DNA of 64,000 nt from Corallochytrium limacisporum Hawaii (taxonomy: Eukaryota > Protista > Pluriformea), in the NCBI GenBank assembly GCA_002811645.1, contig PDIP01000005.1, positions 321,165 through 385,164 on the forward strand, written 5' to 3'. The translations under genes were made by a program, and so were the position numbers. The notes under the pieces were generated by a model that was not told where the DNA came from, did not search any database, and saw only the letters and a list, made by a program, of their open reading frames with translations. Position 1 is the stretch's first letter. Each line of letters starts with the position of its first letter. This document shows, in pieces, positions 1 to 10,209 of this stretch.

Positions 1-169
1 ATGTACCCATAGGTAATTTCGTTTAGCTATATTTGTATTCGAGCATGTCTTCTAGTGTGCCTGGATAACAACCCAAATCACATAATGTCACTGCATTGAA
101 TTAAACACACTCACTTCTACAAAAATGAAAATACTACTTCTCATGGTCGCCGCAAACAGGACTGTTAGT

Positions 170-745
170 TTACGCGTTGTCTTTCACGAACTTCAAGACA
201 TTCTCGGCAGAAGACTCGGTCAAACCACCACCATTCTCCTTAAAAACTTGAATGATCTTGCCATCGTTAATGACCAGGGCGAAACGACTGTAGACTTTGT
301 GACCGAAGACTGGAGGGGCGTCCAGAACTTCCTCAAGCTGGATGGCACCCTTGGCTTCGGGGTCTGTCACCAGCTTCACCTTCTTGTCAGTATCGTAAAA
401 TTTCTGGAACTCGCCGGCAGCGAAAGCGTTGTCAGCCGTGATGCACACGATCTCAGGGTAGCCGGCAGCGGCGAACTCATCAGCCAGTTTGACGAAACCG
501 GGATAGTGCTGGGCAGTGCAAGTAGGAGTGAAAGCGCCAGGCATGGCAAAGAGGACACCCTTCTTACCAGCGAACATGTCCGTCAGAGAGACCTTAGAGT
601 CGACCTTGCCGTCCACCTGGACTTCAACAGCAGGCACTTGATCACCGGCCTTAACCATGGTTGGATTGGTAGTGTGGAGGTTTCTGGTTAAATGACTTGC
701 TACGCGTGGGGCGAAGTTATTCTTTGTGACGATGGTGCGGAGCAT
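170..745 (-). CDS. PRDX5: Peroxiredoxin-5 / type II peroxiredoxin, probably mitochondrial
   Basis: KKGVLFAMPGAFTPTC..QHYPGFV is the Prx5 peroxidatic motif; SRFALVINDGKI; Arg/Thr-rich N-terminus without acidic residues resembles a mitochondrial presequence. Confidence 0.93.
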   Translation of the reverse strand: MLRTIVTKNNFAPRVASHLTRNLHTTNPTMVKAGDQVPAVEVQVDGKVDSKVSLTDMFAGKKGVLFAMPGAFTPTCTAQHYPGFVKLADEFAAAGYPEIVCITADNAFAAGEFQKFYDTDKKVKLVTDPEAKGAIQLEEVLDAPPVFGHKVYSRFALVINDGKIIQVFKENGGGLTESSAENVLKFVKDNA

Positions 746-3539
746 GGTGGAGTTGTTACAAGAACTATACTGGTATAGATACCTGCTCTACGTCACGAAG
801 ATCATTGAACAAACATTCGTACAAGCACCTTCGCAAGCAGGGCATGCACCCATAGAACAACTAAGAGGCTCGAAAGAATACCAACAACAAGCCGGTGTGG
901 GTCGATACCTTTTCCCATAGGAATTGTATGACCCATAGGAATGTCAGCAGTTGTACGGACAGTGCCCGCCCGTCCATCGAGGCACATAGCTCAGTTCGGA
1001 GTGCTACCTTGTGCGGACTGTGATCCGAGCTCGCGGCGGACGAATGGGACGAGTGAGTCGTGCTAGCTGGGCAAGCTCTATCTTCGTAAACTCGCAAAAC
1101 TTCGGATGAAAAGGCGTGGTGCCTTCCAGTGATGACAGTATCGCTAGGTGCACTTGTGTCAACGGCAGCCATCGTTGTTATCGAGAATCACCCCGCAGTT
1201 GTTCACCACAAAAGCTACAAACCATCCCACACCTTTTTAGGGACCTCACGATCCTTGTTCGTGAGCTCAGACGGAGGAAATCGTCGCCTGCAGTGTTCGT
1301 GATACCGGTGTTGCCATCCATGCCCGGCATCTAAACAAAGGACAAGGTCGTCAGCAAGCCGTTTCGGATTGCTTCTGTGCCCCCAAGGACGATGATGACG
1401 AGAATTAGCCAACACGAAACGCGAGGGTCCCCCGCACGAGAAACAAGGGGCCGGAGATTTTCCATACTGAAAGTATTGAATCACTTTTGTTATGTTTTGT
1501 TTGCATGTTACGTAAGCATTCGACACCAAGCAGGACGGATTTACGACAGTCAGGCGTTTCCTCCCATACGTTCGCTATGGGAAAATTTGGTGTTGTTGCG
1601 GTTCCCGAGAGACAACAAGTGCGTTTTCGTAGACGTACCAATTTGTTGACAGCCTCGGAGAGTGGCCGCCAAACACAATAAATAGACTCCGTTCTATATA
1701 GAAAGCTATACCCTAAATCACATAATTATTTGAATTAATTCCCAATCGTTACGCGGGTCGGTCTGGTCAGTTTGATTGCCAATACCAACCTCAACCACAC
1801 GCGGCCACCATCTTACAGGTCTACAGATGTCTATAAGCCAATACTGTAACATCTAATTTGTGATGTCGAACGATGCCATGATACATCATTGCATCTACGA
1901 CCCGCAGAGAGATGTCAGCAGTGTATAATTTACCAAGAAATCCACTTGCTTTCCAACGAGCTCCCCTGTCCGGTTGTAATTTCGGTGTACCCGGTACACG
2001 GTTTTCCTGAAACAACCGAGTTCAGCGATCGAGATCACACAATACTGGCTTCGTTATTGGATGGCCCCCGTCCTCTTTCGAAGTTGCAGTGCGTGTCGGG
2101 GCAGTCGAGTTCTTGTGATTGTCTGTAATTCAGTCACTATCGTGACCGTAAATTGCAGGGGCAGGGACATGTTCCGACAACTAGGTTATGGCATCGGAGA
2201 CCGTCTCCAGCGACGAACGGGAAAACGGAGATGCTTGGACACGTGTCTTTTGCTATAGTGAGAATATGGGGATCTGCATGACTGATTTGCTTGGCCCGTG
2301 CGGCACACAGCAGATCCCTGAAATGAGCTATCACCCACTTTCTACACAGATATAGTTTGAACCAAAAAAAATATTGAGATGGTGCCATGCAATTCAACTA
2401 AGCGGCAAAAACCAAACCCGTCCGCCCGGGGTGCTGAGGAAAGTATGCGTGACTTCTCGTACGTCCAGTACTGAAAGCTTAGCCTTGTTCCGTCGGGGAA
2501 TCGAGGAGGTGTTTGTGGCATTCGCTCCAGGCAGCCACTCTCGCTTTACGTGCTTGCTGGCGTCCCGGTTGAGAACGATCCCTCACGGTCTCGCGGTGTA
2601 TGAACTGTGACTGTGCTCAACCCCCCCAAGTCACGCGGGCGCTGCGGCGACCCGCCAAGAACAGACGTACGAGCTTCTCTCTTTTCCTTCTTGCCCTTTT
2701 TTGTTGCTGACATTGCAACCCCAGTCGCCCATCTTTTCCTCGCCTTTCTTTGCTATTGTAACATTAAGAAAGCGCCAAAGGGGGCGGGGGCCGTTCCCTG
2801 TCCCCAACCAAGCCGTCAATTTCGGATGGGCGGTACTGAGTGCTCCGGCGAAGAAAAATGGAGGCACAGATTTGCGTACTGATCAGCATATTTGGTGCGA
2901 AACAGGACACAGCCAAAGTCGTAGCGATGTTGGATTGGGAATTTTGAAACTGCGCAAGATTTAGCAACGAGGGGTGTAAATGCAGAGTCCGTGTAAGATA
3001 TGAACAAAAGGCGGCGGCCGTTCGCCCAAAGGAACCAAGCCTGGCAGAAGGAAGAGGAAAAGCCACCGCGAAAGGCGGAAGAGGAAGAAACACTGGCGCA
3101 ATTTTGTGGTCCGATATTCGCAATGTTTCTTCGGAGTTGTAGTCCTCAAATGCGTATCAGCGCATTCGGTCTCTGGACACCCTCATTTACATTTACTGCT
3201 CACCTTCATTTTCAGGAAAGGTGTTTATGGCAAAGGTGTTTGTGGACCTATGGGATCTAAATCTTGCACTCTCCATTGTAAAGTAGAAGTGTTGCAAAAC
3301 GGGAAACGGGACAGAGACAACGGCACAGAAAACGTCCGGGTTTCTCACTATCCTTACAGGCCATATGGCGCTCCTATTCTGTACTTAAGTTCACGGCTAT
3401 TTAGAATCGAAACGAGTGGCCGACCCTCATGAAAATGCCTCATAACTGAGAAGGATAGCAGGTTTAGCAAAACAACAGGACGAAGGCCTTCCAATACTAC
3501 AATGGCGTATTAAGCACACGCGGATTGGGTGAGAAAACC

Positions 3540-5336
3540 ATGTCATTATCAACAGCAGCGTGGGTGTCCTTTATTAATGCGGGCATGCTCATGCTTTGCG
3601 CAGGATCACCGTATTCTTTCTCCGTATACTCTCACCAGCTCAAAGAATTGACAGGGATTTCGGAGAGTCAATTAGAACTTTTGGGGAGTATGGGTCATGC
3701 GGGATTGTATTTTGGTGTTACAATGGGCTTGCTCTATGACTACACAGGACCTGCAGTAACAGGATTCCTCGGAGGAATTCTGCTACTGCTGGGCTATGGA
3801 GGTGTAGGCGGTCTCCTTTATACGGAGTCGCACATAAACCGGGAAGATCTTCAGGCGTACCCAACAGAGCAAACAACAGCAGTACCAAAGACTATAGTGG
3901 CTTCAATGTCGGTCTTGTTTTTCGTCATTGGACAGGGATCAAAAGCATTTTATATTACGTCCATGGTAACGTGTGTGAAGAGTGCTCCACAGAGCCTGTA
4001 CGGGCGGGTGTCGGGCGTCCTGGCCGCAGCCGTAGCACTCAGTGGAGCACTGTGTACAGCTATCTATTGGATCTGGTTTGACAAGGCTTTGTCAAGCTAT
4101 CTCATTTTTCTGGGAGTATTTTTCTTTACAATGGGATGCATTGGTGCACGAACTATTCGCGTGGAAAAAATCGACGAGAGTAAAGCAGTCGTTGCCCATG
4201 AAATGACACGCAAGTCTGACTTCAGCTCCGTTGTGGACAGGAGCGAAGCAGTCGAGATGGTAGAGATATCGCCGCTCCGTCAGCGAGACCACAAGGTCTT
4301 TCATGATGAGGACACAGGGAAGCCTTCATTTGACGTCACTGATGTTCCGGGAACGACTGCTAGTGAAGCGTCTGGTGACTTGGGCGAGCCGTCGACGCCT
4401 CCGCTCCTGTCCAATGGCATTGACAACTCACCGACCTTGAGGCCGGCCAATGCACATACCAACCGCAACAGTAGTCCTTTCGCTCAAGTCCTTCAAGACA
4501 ATGAGTTTGAGGTTTTCACCAGTACAGGATTCGATGGCCACGATCATGGCAATGAGCTTGAGAACGGAGCCGTTGACACGCGCCTTGCTGACGGAGATCC
4601 AACTACAAGTTACCAAGGGCCAAAGGCGGATGTGACTCCTGTGCAGCTTATTCGAAACCCAGTGTTCATTGCACTCTGGCTCATTATTTTAGCTGATGAT
4701 GGTGCTGCTGTCATGTATGTCAATTCACTTGGCACAGTTGTCCATTCTAGTAATGAGGATGAGCTGTGGCCGGTGGGCACATATGTAATCATCTTTAGTG
4801 TTACCTCCGCAGTTGGGCGCATAATCTGGGGCACCCTCAGCGATTTCCTTAGCCATATTATTAATCGGGAGGGCTTCCTGGCTCTCAGCGTCATGGTTAT
4901 GGCCTTCACGCACTTGGGTATCTTCTTGTTTCCCGGCAACATATTCTTAGCAACTCTGTTCAGCGGAGTTAGTTTCGGAGGTCTATTCTCCCTCGGACCG
5001 GCCATCATTGCCGAAAACTTTGGTCTGGAGCACTTTGGAACCAACTGGGGAATCACAACATTAGCACCTGTGCTTGGCAGCATCGTCTTTGGACAGATCT
5101 TTGGTGCTATTTACGATGCTCAACTTGGCGAGGATGATGACTATGACGAAACAGCCCATTGCAAAGGTTCCAAGTGCTTCCGATATGCATTTCTGGTGAG
5201 CGGAATCGTGAATTTGGTGGGTGGCATATCCTGCTTTATGCTCTCGAAATACCTGGACAAGATGCGTGGCCGGAAGAGGATGGCTACCCAGGGCAGTACA
5301 ATTTTGTACCAACGCCTGGAGGAAGAGGACGGCTGA
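3540..5336 (+). CDS. MFS transporter (nodulin-like/MCH1-like), ~12 TM with long central loop
   Basis: GSPYSFSVYSHQLK N-terminus, GLLYDYTG and GRIIWGTLSD MFS loop motifs, ENFGLEHFGTNWG, CKGSKCFRYAF. First ATG is at 3540 (ORF track starts at TTG 3525). Confidence 0.88.
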   Translation: MSLSTAAWVSFINAGMLMLCAGSPYSFSVYSHQLKELTGISESQLELLGSMGHAGLYFGVTMGLLYDYTGPAVTGFLGGILLLLGYGGVGGLLYTESHINREDLQAYPTEQTTAVPKTIVASMSVLFFVIGQGSKAFYITSMVTCVKSAPQSLYGRVSGVLAAAVALSGALCTAIYWIWFDKALSSYLIFLGVFFFTMGCIGARTIRVEKIDESKAVVAHEMTRKSDFSSVVDRSEAVEMVEISPLRQRDHKVFHDEDTGKPSFDVTDVPGTTASEASGDLGEPSTPPLLSNGIDNSPTLRPANAHTNRNSSPFAQVLQDNEFEVFTSTGFDGHDHGNELENGAVDTRLADGDPTTSYQGPKADVTPVQLIRNPVFIALWLIILADDGAAVMYVNSLGTVVHSSNEDELWPVGTYVIIFSVTSAVGRIIWGTLSDFLSHIINREGFLALSVMVMAFTHLGIFLFPGNIFLATLFSGVSFGGLFSLGPAIIAENFGLEHFGTNWGITTLAPVLGSIVFGQIFGAIYDAQLGEDDDYDETAHCKGSKCFRYAFLVSGIVNLVGGISCFMLSKYLDKMRGRKRMATQGSTILYQRLEEEDG

Positions 5337-5852
5337 GGGACAGAAGATCAACCCTTGAAGCCATCTTGATGGTACTAAGTTAACATCTATCTCATGTCTC
5401 TCTCTCTCTGTGTCCAAGAGAAGTTTGCGAAATCCTTCATAAACTGCTCACATATGACCGCATCATTATAAATCCGAAATATTCACACCACGATGGTACA
5501 TTGTAATACCCCTCGACAAGGACTTGGGGTTGTCACTAGAGTGCTGCTTCCCAACCAATATTCCCTCTCTTCCCCCGCCGCACGACACCCACCGCTCCCC
5601 CTCTTCGGGGGTGCCGGTCCGCGTGAAGAGAAATGCGGTGCCTCGCAAGGTGGCTTTTACTGCGGGGTATTTGGAGAATGGTGCCGGAAGGTACATTCTG
5701 CGCAAATCATTTGCTCTTTTTCTATCAATGACAGTGAGTGTGCTCATTTCAGTGAATGTTAGACAGTGATACGGCACAGAAACCTGTGGCGTGTATAGAT
5801 AAAATATGTAGGGGGCATGTAGTCAAATGTATTCATTTTAAGATTCATAGAC

Positions 5853-6770
5853 ATGCTGAGATCACTTCTTGGAAGAAACACAGTGCTGCGCATGCACATA
5901 CAAGATGCACGTACTTGTGCTGTCACGAAAGTAAGATGTGCACCCTTTTCGGTTAGTTCTTCTCTACATGCTCGCGGTACGGAAAGGTCGAGTGAAGATA
6001 TGGGTAAGCTGGGACCTCAAAACGAGGCGATTAACAAATTAGCCGCAAGCTTGGCTGGCAAGAGACTGGGCGTTGGAAAGCAAATTGCCTCACCAGCTCT
6101 CGGCCATACTGTACGTTTTGGTGTCAAGAATGTACCATCTCCGAATGACCCTGATACAGTACCATTTGGTGGTGATCCCCGCCTGGAAAGCACATATCGC
6201 CACCAGGCGCCGCCCAACCCGGCTCGGGCTATCGTGAATGAGCTGCGACAAGGTCGAGCTTTCGATATTTTGGCATTTTATAGACACGACGATTCCAGCT
6301 CGCTGACAGTGATTGCGACCGCACGGTCAACTCGGCATTGTGCTGCGTTGGGCCACGCGCTACGGTCGAAACTGATGGCGGGACGCGCATTGTACCTCCC
6401 TGCGCTTCCAAAGCCACCGTTTGGCACCGGTCGGAAGTCCCGACACAACCGGACCGGTCCTAGACGTGAGTGTGATCACGTACAATACCATTTGGGCTTT
6501 GCGGATGTTCACGTCATGACCCTGCAAGAACGGGAACGATTAGACATCGAGTCACTATACCTGCTTGGACCGCAGTTCGATCCGGCCAGCCGTGAGATGT
6601 GGAATGTAGAGAACATGGAGCCGAAGGAAAGCATTACGCAGAAGTTCCTTGATCGACTCAAGGCACGTACCACGTTGCAGATGGGCAAGAAGGGCGTCAA
6701 TGCGCGGGCAAAGGCTGCACGCAAAGGCGTGTCCTTGTTGGAGGCTGCTGGCACCAAGGTCAAGGAGTAA
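5853..6770 (+). CDS. Mitochondrial ribosome-silencing factor family (RsfS/Iojap/MALSU1-like)
   Basis: VIATARSTRH and HLGFADVHVMTLQERERLDIESLY resemble the RsfS pattern; basic presequence-like N-terminus. Confidence 0.7.
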   Translation: MLRSLLGRNTVLRMHIQDARTCAVTKVRCAPFSVSSSLHARGTERSSEDMGKLGPQNEAINKLAASLAGKRLGVGKQIASPALGHTVRFGVKNVPSPNDPDTVPFGGDPRLESTYRHQAPPNPARAIVNELRQGRAFDILAFYRHDDSSSLTVIATARSTRHCAALGHALRSKLMAGRALYLPALPKPPFGTGRKSRHNRTGPRRECDHVQYHLGFADVHVMTLQERERLDIESLYLLGPQFDPASREMWNVENMEPKESITQKFLDRLKARTTLQMGKKGVNARAKAARKGVSLLEAAGTKVKE

Positions 6771-6829
6771 CTTTTGCACTAATCGTAGCGGATTTCAATT
6801 ACACGTATATGGTTTTAATCACTTTGTTT

Positions 6830-8419
6830 TCACATTCCCACTGCAGCAAACTCTATCTTAAGAATCTCGGACGGAGGAGTTTCAACATAGCTTAGGAGAG
6901 CTCTGTAAACGGTTTTGTACTGGCCTTCAGTCTGCACCAGCCCGGCACGCTGAGTGCGGATGTGGGCCACAGTCCCATAGATGTTCACCTCTCTAGTCGA
7001 ATTCGCCTGTTCGATCTCGTTCAAAAGCATGTCAATAGCAATGACTGTGCCCGAACGACCAATGCCAGCACTACAGTGGACAAGTAGTGGTTTGCTTTGC
7101 TCACTGTCGGTCAGCGTCTTACGGTGACGACGAAAATCATTTACAAACTTCAGGAGCACATCGGTGTCTTCCGGAACACCGTGATCGGGCCATTCGAGGT
7201 ATTGATAGTGCCAAACCACTCGCTCTTCCCCACTGTTTCGGTCCCTCAGGATCAGTTTGCGCACATGGTACACTGTGCCCTCGTTCACGGACCCCGCCAG
7301 CTTGATCTCAAATCGATTATCGCTGGTTTTCAACGATGTGTCCTTGCTTGTAGGCCAGTAACGGCAGCATTTTGCCCGTCCCTTCTCTACTTCTAGCGTG
7401 GTCATGATTATGAAAATAACTCCCTGTTCCCACACCATACGCCAAAAGTCAGCTGTGGTGGATTCCAACGGTCCTTGAGCAGCAATGTAAGCTTTATGGT
7501 TCGAAAAGTCGGTGAGCCAGGTGGCGTTGACATAGTCGTGTTTACCCGACAGTACCACGCGACAGTCATCGTACGGAATGATGTTCTTGTACCTATTCAA
7601 TTTGCGATTTGACAGTGTCCTGCCCACAGTAGTACTCGCCTTGCTGGTATTGTCGAGGCGCTGGAGATTATTGAACTCAACGGTGTACCCGGTTGATCCG
7701 TAGGTTGGGTCTGTTTCCCGTTCCAGTTCTGTCACTCGAGCTCGCAGGTCATCTAGATGAACCTTTGTTGTGACCAGAGGTTGCAAAAGGTAAACTTCGG
7801 AACTGTCTTTTGGGTTCTTCAATGGCATCAAATGGTGGTATTCGATTAGCTCACTGATTGACGCAAAATGATTGTCCTCGTTGACTGCGTATCCTTTGGG
7901 TGTACGGTATGTACGGATATGGTAGACCTTGTCGTTGGAGTAGACAGCTATGCTGTAGCTACCTGGTTCAGTTGTTGACGGCCGTACCAGGAATGATCCG
8001 TTCATTCCTTCTCTGCTGAGCCGCCTCTGTGCCTCTCCTCCGCCCATTTCACTATGGAACCATGTCTCATGAGTGGGGTCTTCGTTGATGACTGGCCTCT
8101 GAAGAGCAATACAGTTTCCATTGTTGTCCTGCAATTCATGAGGATGTTCCATATAGTACTTTACCAAAGACAACACAGACGGGAATGACACACCATCCTC
8201 TTTTATTTCGTATCCATCTTCTGCACTATAGCATCGAATGTGTGTACATCCCTCCGGCAGTCTAACACTGATCGTAAAGCCACCAGGCTGTCCCACGCTT
8301 GGGCGTAGCAAGAACGATCCTACACCGCCCCCGTCGGCCAAAAGTCTCTCAGCTTGCTTGCCACGGAGACGCGGGTGAAACACCCGCTCAGAAAGTCCAG
8401 TTTCTTCCTCTTGCGTCAT
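6830..8419 (-). CDS. PTPN11: SH2-SH2-protein tyrosine phosphatase (SHP2/PTPN11-PTPN6 family)
   Basis: Two SH2 domains (GSFLLRPS, GSFLVRPS), SHP-type linker YYMEH...EDPTHETWFH, PTP motifs NRYKNI, DYVNA, DFWRMVW, WPDHG, VHCSAGIGRSG, QTEGQY. Confidence 0.93.
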   Translation of the reverse strand: MTQEEETGLSERVFHPRLRGKQAERLLADGGGVGSFLLRPSVGQPGGFTISVRLPEGCTHIRCYSAEDGYEIKEDGVSFPSVLSLVKYYMEHPHELQDNNGNCIALQRPVINEDPTHETWFHSEMGGGEAQRRLSREGMNGSFLVRPSTTEPGSYSIAVYSNDKVYHIRTYRTPKGYAVNEDNHFASISELIEYHHLMPLKNPKDSSEVYLLQPLVTTKVHLDDLRARVTELERETDPTYGSTGYTVEFNNLQRLDNTSKASTTVGRTLSNRKLNRYKNIIPYDDCRVVLSGKHDYVNATWLTDFSNHKAYIAAQGPLESTTADFWRMVWEQGVIFIIMTTLEVEKGRAKCCRYWPTSKDTSLKTSDNRFEIKLAGSVNEGTVYHVRKLILRDRNSGEERVVWHYQYLEWPDHGVPEDTDVLLKFVNDFRRHRKTLTDSEQSKPLLVHCSAGIGRSGTVIAIDMLLNEIEQANSTREVNIYGTVAHIRTQRAGLVQTEGQYKTVYRALLSYVETPPSEILKIEFAAVGM

Positions 8420-8899
8420 GAGTTGGTTTCTTTTGTGTGATCCTTTATTGTCCTATTGGATGAACTACAAGGACCTTCCGTGCGTCTCGCAATGATTCAA
8501 ATACCATACCTCTTGGTAACAGGAACTTAACATTGAACTGAATTAGTAATTCTATTGCTTCAAAGCAATTACACGGGGGGCCTTTCAGAATCAGCAACCG
8601 ACAGGGAGGCATATGTTCCGTAAAGTGTTGCTATCGCATTCCCTTCGATGCCCCTGTCGACCCTCACAGTTCTGTAGGAGAGTGGAGGGGCAGTGTGTAG
8701 GAAATTCGGACTCCCCCGTCTCCAAGGGGTTTCTTTTTCGTTTGGGCCCCCGTTAGGACGGTTTGGCTTGGAAACCGATGCAAGCTGGGAAGGTGGCCAC
8801 CCCTCCGGGGGCCTGGGAGGGGCGGACAGGGGAGAGGGATTGGTACTTCACGGACACCGTGGAAGAGTTCCCCACACAGCTGAGTACCTGATAGCTTCA

Positions 8900-9702
8900 A
8901 TGCAACCCATAGAAAGGGTGAATGAGCATGATGAGGTTCACGCCCGGGATGTAAAATGGACCAAGAAGTAGAAGAGCATATTGGGTTTCTCCTCGAGGAG
9001 ATTCAGGTTGCAGCCAACCCACTAGAGCGGATACATTATGTACCCTGAAGGCTCTTCTACGCCGGAGGAAGACAGTGTTTGCTTCTAAGAAATTGATTCA
9101 ACAGCTTCATGACTTTGGACTCATAAACAGCGCACTGGAAACGCTGGCAAACACTGACTTCACGTTGTCAACCAATGGCATGGAAATTGGATCTCAACTG
9201 GTGATGGTATTGCGCAATCTTCTCCAGGAAAGCACAGCGTTATCATACCCTTCAGCGGAAACGGTCTTTACTTTCCAATTTAAACTGGTGCACGCGGCTA
9301 CGAGTCAAGCTGTGTTCTTCATTGAAGCAGTTGACAAGCAACAATCCTCGAAAAGTCAAAACCAGAATGTGCTGATCGACTTCTTTGGCAGCTGGCCGGA
9401 TGCAGCACTGGCGATTGCGGGAAAACATCAAGTTTTGTCGGCGACAGTTTTGTTTGATAGTTGCCTAGAAGAGTTGTTTTCGGCTCCTTATGAGCGTGTA
9501 CAGTTAGTTGTTCAAACCAGTCCCATCCCTTCCACAGGAGGTCGTGACACGAACATGGATCCAAATTCCAAAAGTGACAATGGAGACCGGCAACCACAAT
9601 TCATCATTGTCATCATCATCATGCAAGTCCTACATCGTCGCCAGCATCGTCAGACCGTACGCTGGTGTCTCTGTTGTCCGTGGCAGTGGCATGAACGAAT
9701 AA
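8900..9702 (+). pseudogene. Frame-broken coding-like segment, weakly WAPL-domain-like
   Basis: Protein-like text runs across frames: ATG 8900 segment, ATG 8956 to TGA 9048 segment, the 9075 ORF frame (open from 8955), and possibly 9508-9702. Similarity to WAPL is by eye only. Confidence 0.35.
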
Positions 9703-10209
9703 AGATTGTATCTTCAACCGTACTTATGACCGCCGAAAAATCGGCCCCCGGAACACACTCGAGGTCGAGTGCCCACTTTTTTTTCGCTTTTACCACCAAC
9801 CTTCTCTATTTTGGCGGGAGAAATTCGATTTCCGCAAGAGGGGGAGGTAAGGCTCTCAGTTCTCCCCTGGCTACTCACCTGTACCAACAGTTGCCCATCT
9901 TTACCCCTTGGCGCTCAAATCTTGCCCTCTTCCAGGTGGTGGTACGGAGGCGGCCGGTAGGAAACTTTGGGTGGTCTCACACTGGTATGATTCTGTCAAG
10001 GTCTCGCTTTGGCACTATTGTCTGCAATTGTTTCCAATTTCATAGGCTTCCTCTTGATATTTCCACAGTGATTGACTACAGTCTGCCATTTCGAAATGGT
10101 ACATGAACCATTCGGGATGACGGCCTGCGACAGCCGGGGGTGAGATCCCGTATGGTCCACGGGGTATCGCACTCGGCCTCTCGACTGATGGACTGAGATC
10201 GCAGCGACC

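Noticed and set aside
598-625. QVDGKVD in PRDX5 matches the taspase cleavage consensus, and TASP1 is in the window
   Set aside because: Short motif in a predicted mitochondrial folded protein; most likely coincidence.
125-691. 188 aa plus-strand ORF
   Set aside because: Antisense shadow of PRDX5 with no recognisable motifs.
861-3432. Many 60-120 aa ORFs between PRDX5 and the MFS gene
   Set aside because: No domain signal or consistent coding character; treated as divergent promoter/UTR.
5591-5618. GC hairpin around cttcgg
   Set aside because: Too short to distinguish from chance in GC-rich intergenic DNA.
9043-9090. CCC-TGA as an antizyme-type +1 frameshift site
   Set aside because: The +1 frame stops after about 13 codons and nothing resembles antizyme.
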